64,000 nt of DNA from Dudresnaya verticillata (lineage: Eukaryota). The DNA is taken from contig OZ374565.1 of NCBI GenBank assembly GCA_977862235.1, positions 186,001-250,000 on the forward strand, in the 5' to 3' direction. This document shows, one piece after another, positions 62,093 to 64,000 of the stretch; positions within the stretch are counted from its first letter, which is position 1, and the number at the start of each line of letters is the position of its first letter. The notes under the pieces are model-generated. The model was not told the DNA's origin, did not search any database, and saw only the letters and a list, made by a program, of their open reading frames with translations. Both the position numbers and the translations under genes were made by a program.

Positions 62093-63712
62093 CACCCCAA
62101 CAATGTGGAACGGGTTTGAAGAGCCGTAGTAGCTACTACAGTAACAACGTACCAATCTACCGAGATCATGGAAAGGCATGAGAAACTCTAAGCTCCCTGG
62201 TCTTTCCCTTATGCGGGACAAACATAATCAAGATAGCTTTTCTTGACCCGAGTATAATTTGCCTACCTCGGTAATGATGTGAGTTCGTGGTGGCTGTTAA
62301 CCGCCGTGCACTCTTTGACCGTTGCCTTTCACATGAATTGTAAGCAGGTCCCCTTAAGGGCTGTAGTCTTACCTATGCATAAAGGGCTCCCTCAACGTAT
62401 TGTTTGCTTGTTTAGGCCAGGGCTTTGCCGCGTACTATTGCGGTCTATTTTTCGTCAGTATTGACAATATGCAGTAATATTGCAATACTGAGAGAAAGGG
62501 CAATATTTATTGCTATTTGGTCCAATGTTTCACCAGATCGATTCCTCATATGCTCTATGAATTATATTCAGTCCAACGAGTCGGTATCACTATCATATTG
62601 ATGACATTGATGTAGTAGACAGCACCCGGACCAACAGCATTAGTAGAATGTTGTCTGTCCAGTGTTCTCTCGATGACATATGAATGCAATCTTAGGCCCA
62701 TTCGTTACTGTTTGGGTGCACTCCGACATATTCTATGAACAATTCCACGATACTTAACATATGCAGTGCAAGAGAGCAAACGTCTGGCCTTGGTAACTAC
62801 TCTTGCTGTCGTTTTAAAGTGGACTCTTTTCTGTGTGTGAATCGTTTGATGCGTGTGTGTTGTGTCGTGCTGTCTATGTATGAACAGCCGAGGCTATGTA
62901 GAGCCTCTTCGCCACAACAAAATACTACGAAAGGAATGTATCTGAGATATACTGGCACTACGAGCTGTCACAACGCTAGCGGTATATTATTGCCGTAGCT
63001 TTGGTGACACTCTACTATCAGAATGCAGCTGCAGTATTCGTGGAGTGCACTCTCTTACATGCAATACTTAGACAACTGCCCTATACATACATATATATCT
63101 ACTATTGAGATATATATTCAACTATATAAATAGTAGCATCTTTTCAGTCTGAAGACTATTTCCATAATGGCCTCGTTCTTTTCGTAATGGAACTGATACG
63201 GCGTTACCAGGAGCACTGTTCCTTAACACAAGCAGCATTTCTTATCTCTCAACTTTTAATTCCTTAAAAGAAATACGTCAGCAGGCTGTCGACATCAAGA
63301 AAGAGACGACCGCATTTCGAAGCCCAGCATTTGAAGGTTGTCAAGGTACAACCGAGTAAAGGCTTAGAAGCCTTTAGGGTTACGGTACCTAATTACAGTG
63401 TCTTACACCTGGTGATATCGAAAGTGCAGAGTTTGTATGGATCTGGGGCGAATCAGTAGTTCCGGAGAGAGAGGACGAGTTTGAAGGTCCAGTGGAAGGT
63501 ATAGAACGTACCCCATTGTGCACCCATTGCCCGAGAAGCACAAACATACGATTTTATGGCAGTGCAAATCCACAAGGGGTCCCCAATATCTGATCTGATT
63601 GTCGGCGACAGGCCGTCTGCTCGACATCGCCTGATAGAGCGTGATGCGAGGACGTGAGAATATTAATTTCTATCACAGATTCGAGTCTGTCTGGGTGTGG
63701 TGCAGTTGACAG

Positions 63713-64000
63713 TGTTACACATAGCGCTCGCACTGTTTGGGAGTACTCCCTACAATGGGATCCCAAAGCGCACACGCGACGCTGCAGGGTAATTCCCTAG
63801 AATGGGAGCCTGCTGGGGAACGCACTGCTGAACAATGGCAGACCCCACGGCCGATCATGGCTATCGCGCACAGACCTGGTGAACCTGCACAAGGCAGAAC
63901 TGCCGGTCTGACAAGGCGAATTTGCGTCCCTTCGGACAACCCTCTACATCTTATTGGCTAACGCTCAGGGTCCCCTGACAACAGGGTTCAGACCTGAATG
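63713..64000 (+). mobile_element. Start of a third copy of the 610-bp LTR (runs off the window)
   Basis: Same left flank (GACAG) and the same diagnostic bases as the 5' LTR at 19230. Confidence 0.95.

Larger units (their letters stand above)
60459..64000 (+). repeat. Near-identical direct segmental duplicate of about 15906-19517 (5' stub of PNPase, promoter, orphan ORF, start of 5' LTR)
   Basis: Constant offset of 44482/44483, about 4 small differences by eye plus a short deletion at the left junction. Confidence 0.97.

Overview
Eukaryotic nuclear DNA, most likely a red alga (inferred from short GT-AG introns, a plastid-type transit peptide on PNPase, and secreted vWA and Cys-rich proteins). 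1-19 kb is gene space: an ionotropic glutamate receptor-like gene (4 exons), a small secreted Cys-rich protein, a secreted His-brace LPMO plus a decayed tandem paralog, plastid-type PNPase and an orphan ORF. 19.2-48.6 kb is a nested Ty3/Gypsy cluster: a chromodomain-bearing element with 610-bp LTRs, three solo LTRs with clean 5-bp TSDs, and two 3' fragments with long antisense accessory ORFs that appear homologous to each other. The standout is a 10.4-kb insertion (22758-33136, TG...CA ends, AGCAC TSD) in the host RT gene. It has near-identical inverted arms in two blocks (428 bp and 1369 bp) and a divergent, directly oriented LTR-like cassette at the same position in each arm. It also carries a ~2.4-kb array of about 50 CGTC-N3-GACG palindromes and encodes only a Gypsy integrase with chromodomain (no RT or RNase H). 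The right part holds a frameshifted RRP5 pseudogene with a tRNA-like insertion, a double-vWA secreted protein gene, and a near-identical duplicate of 15.9-19.5 kb. Identity figures are by-eye counts; no database searches were run.
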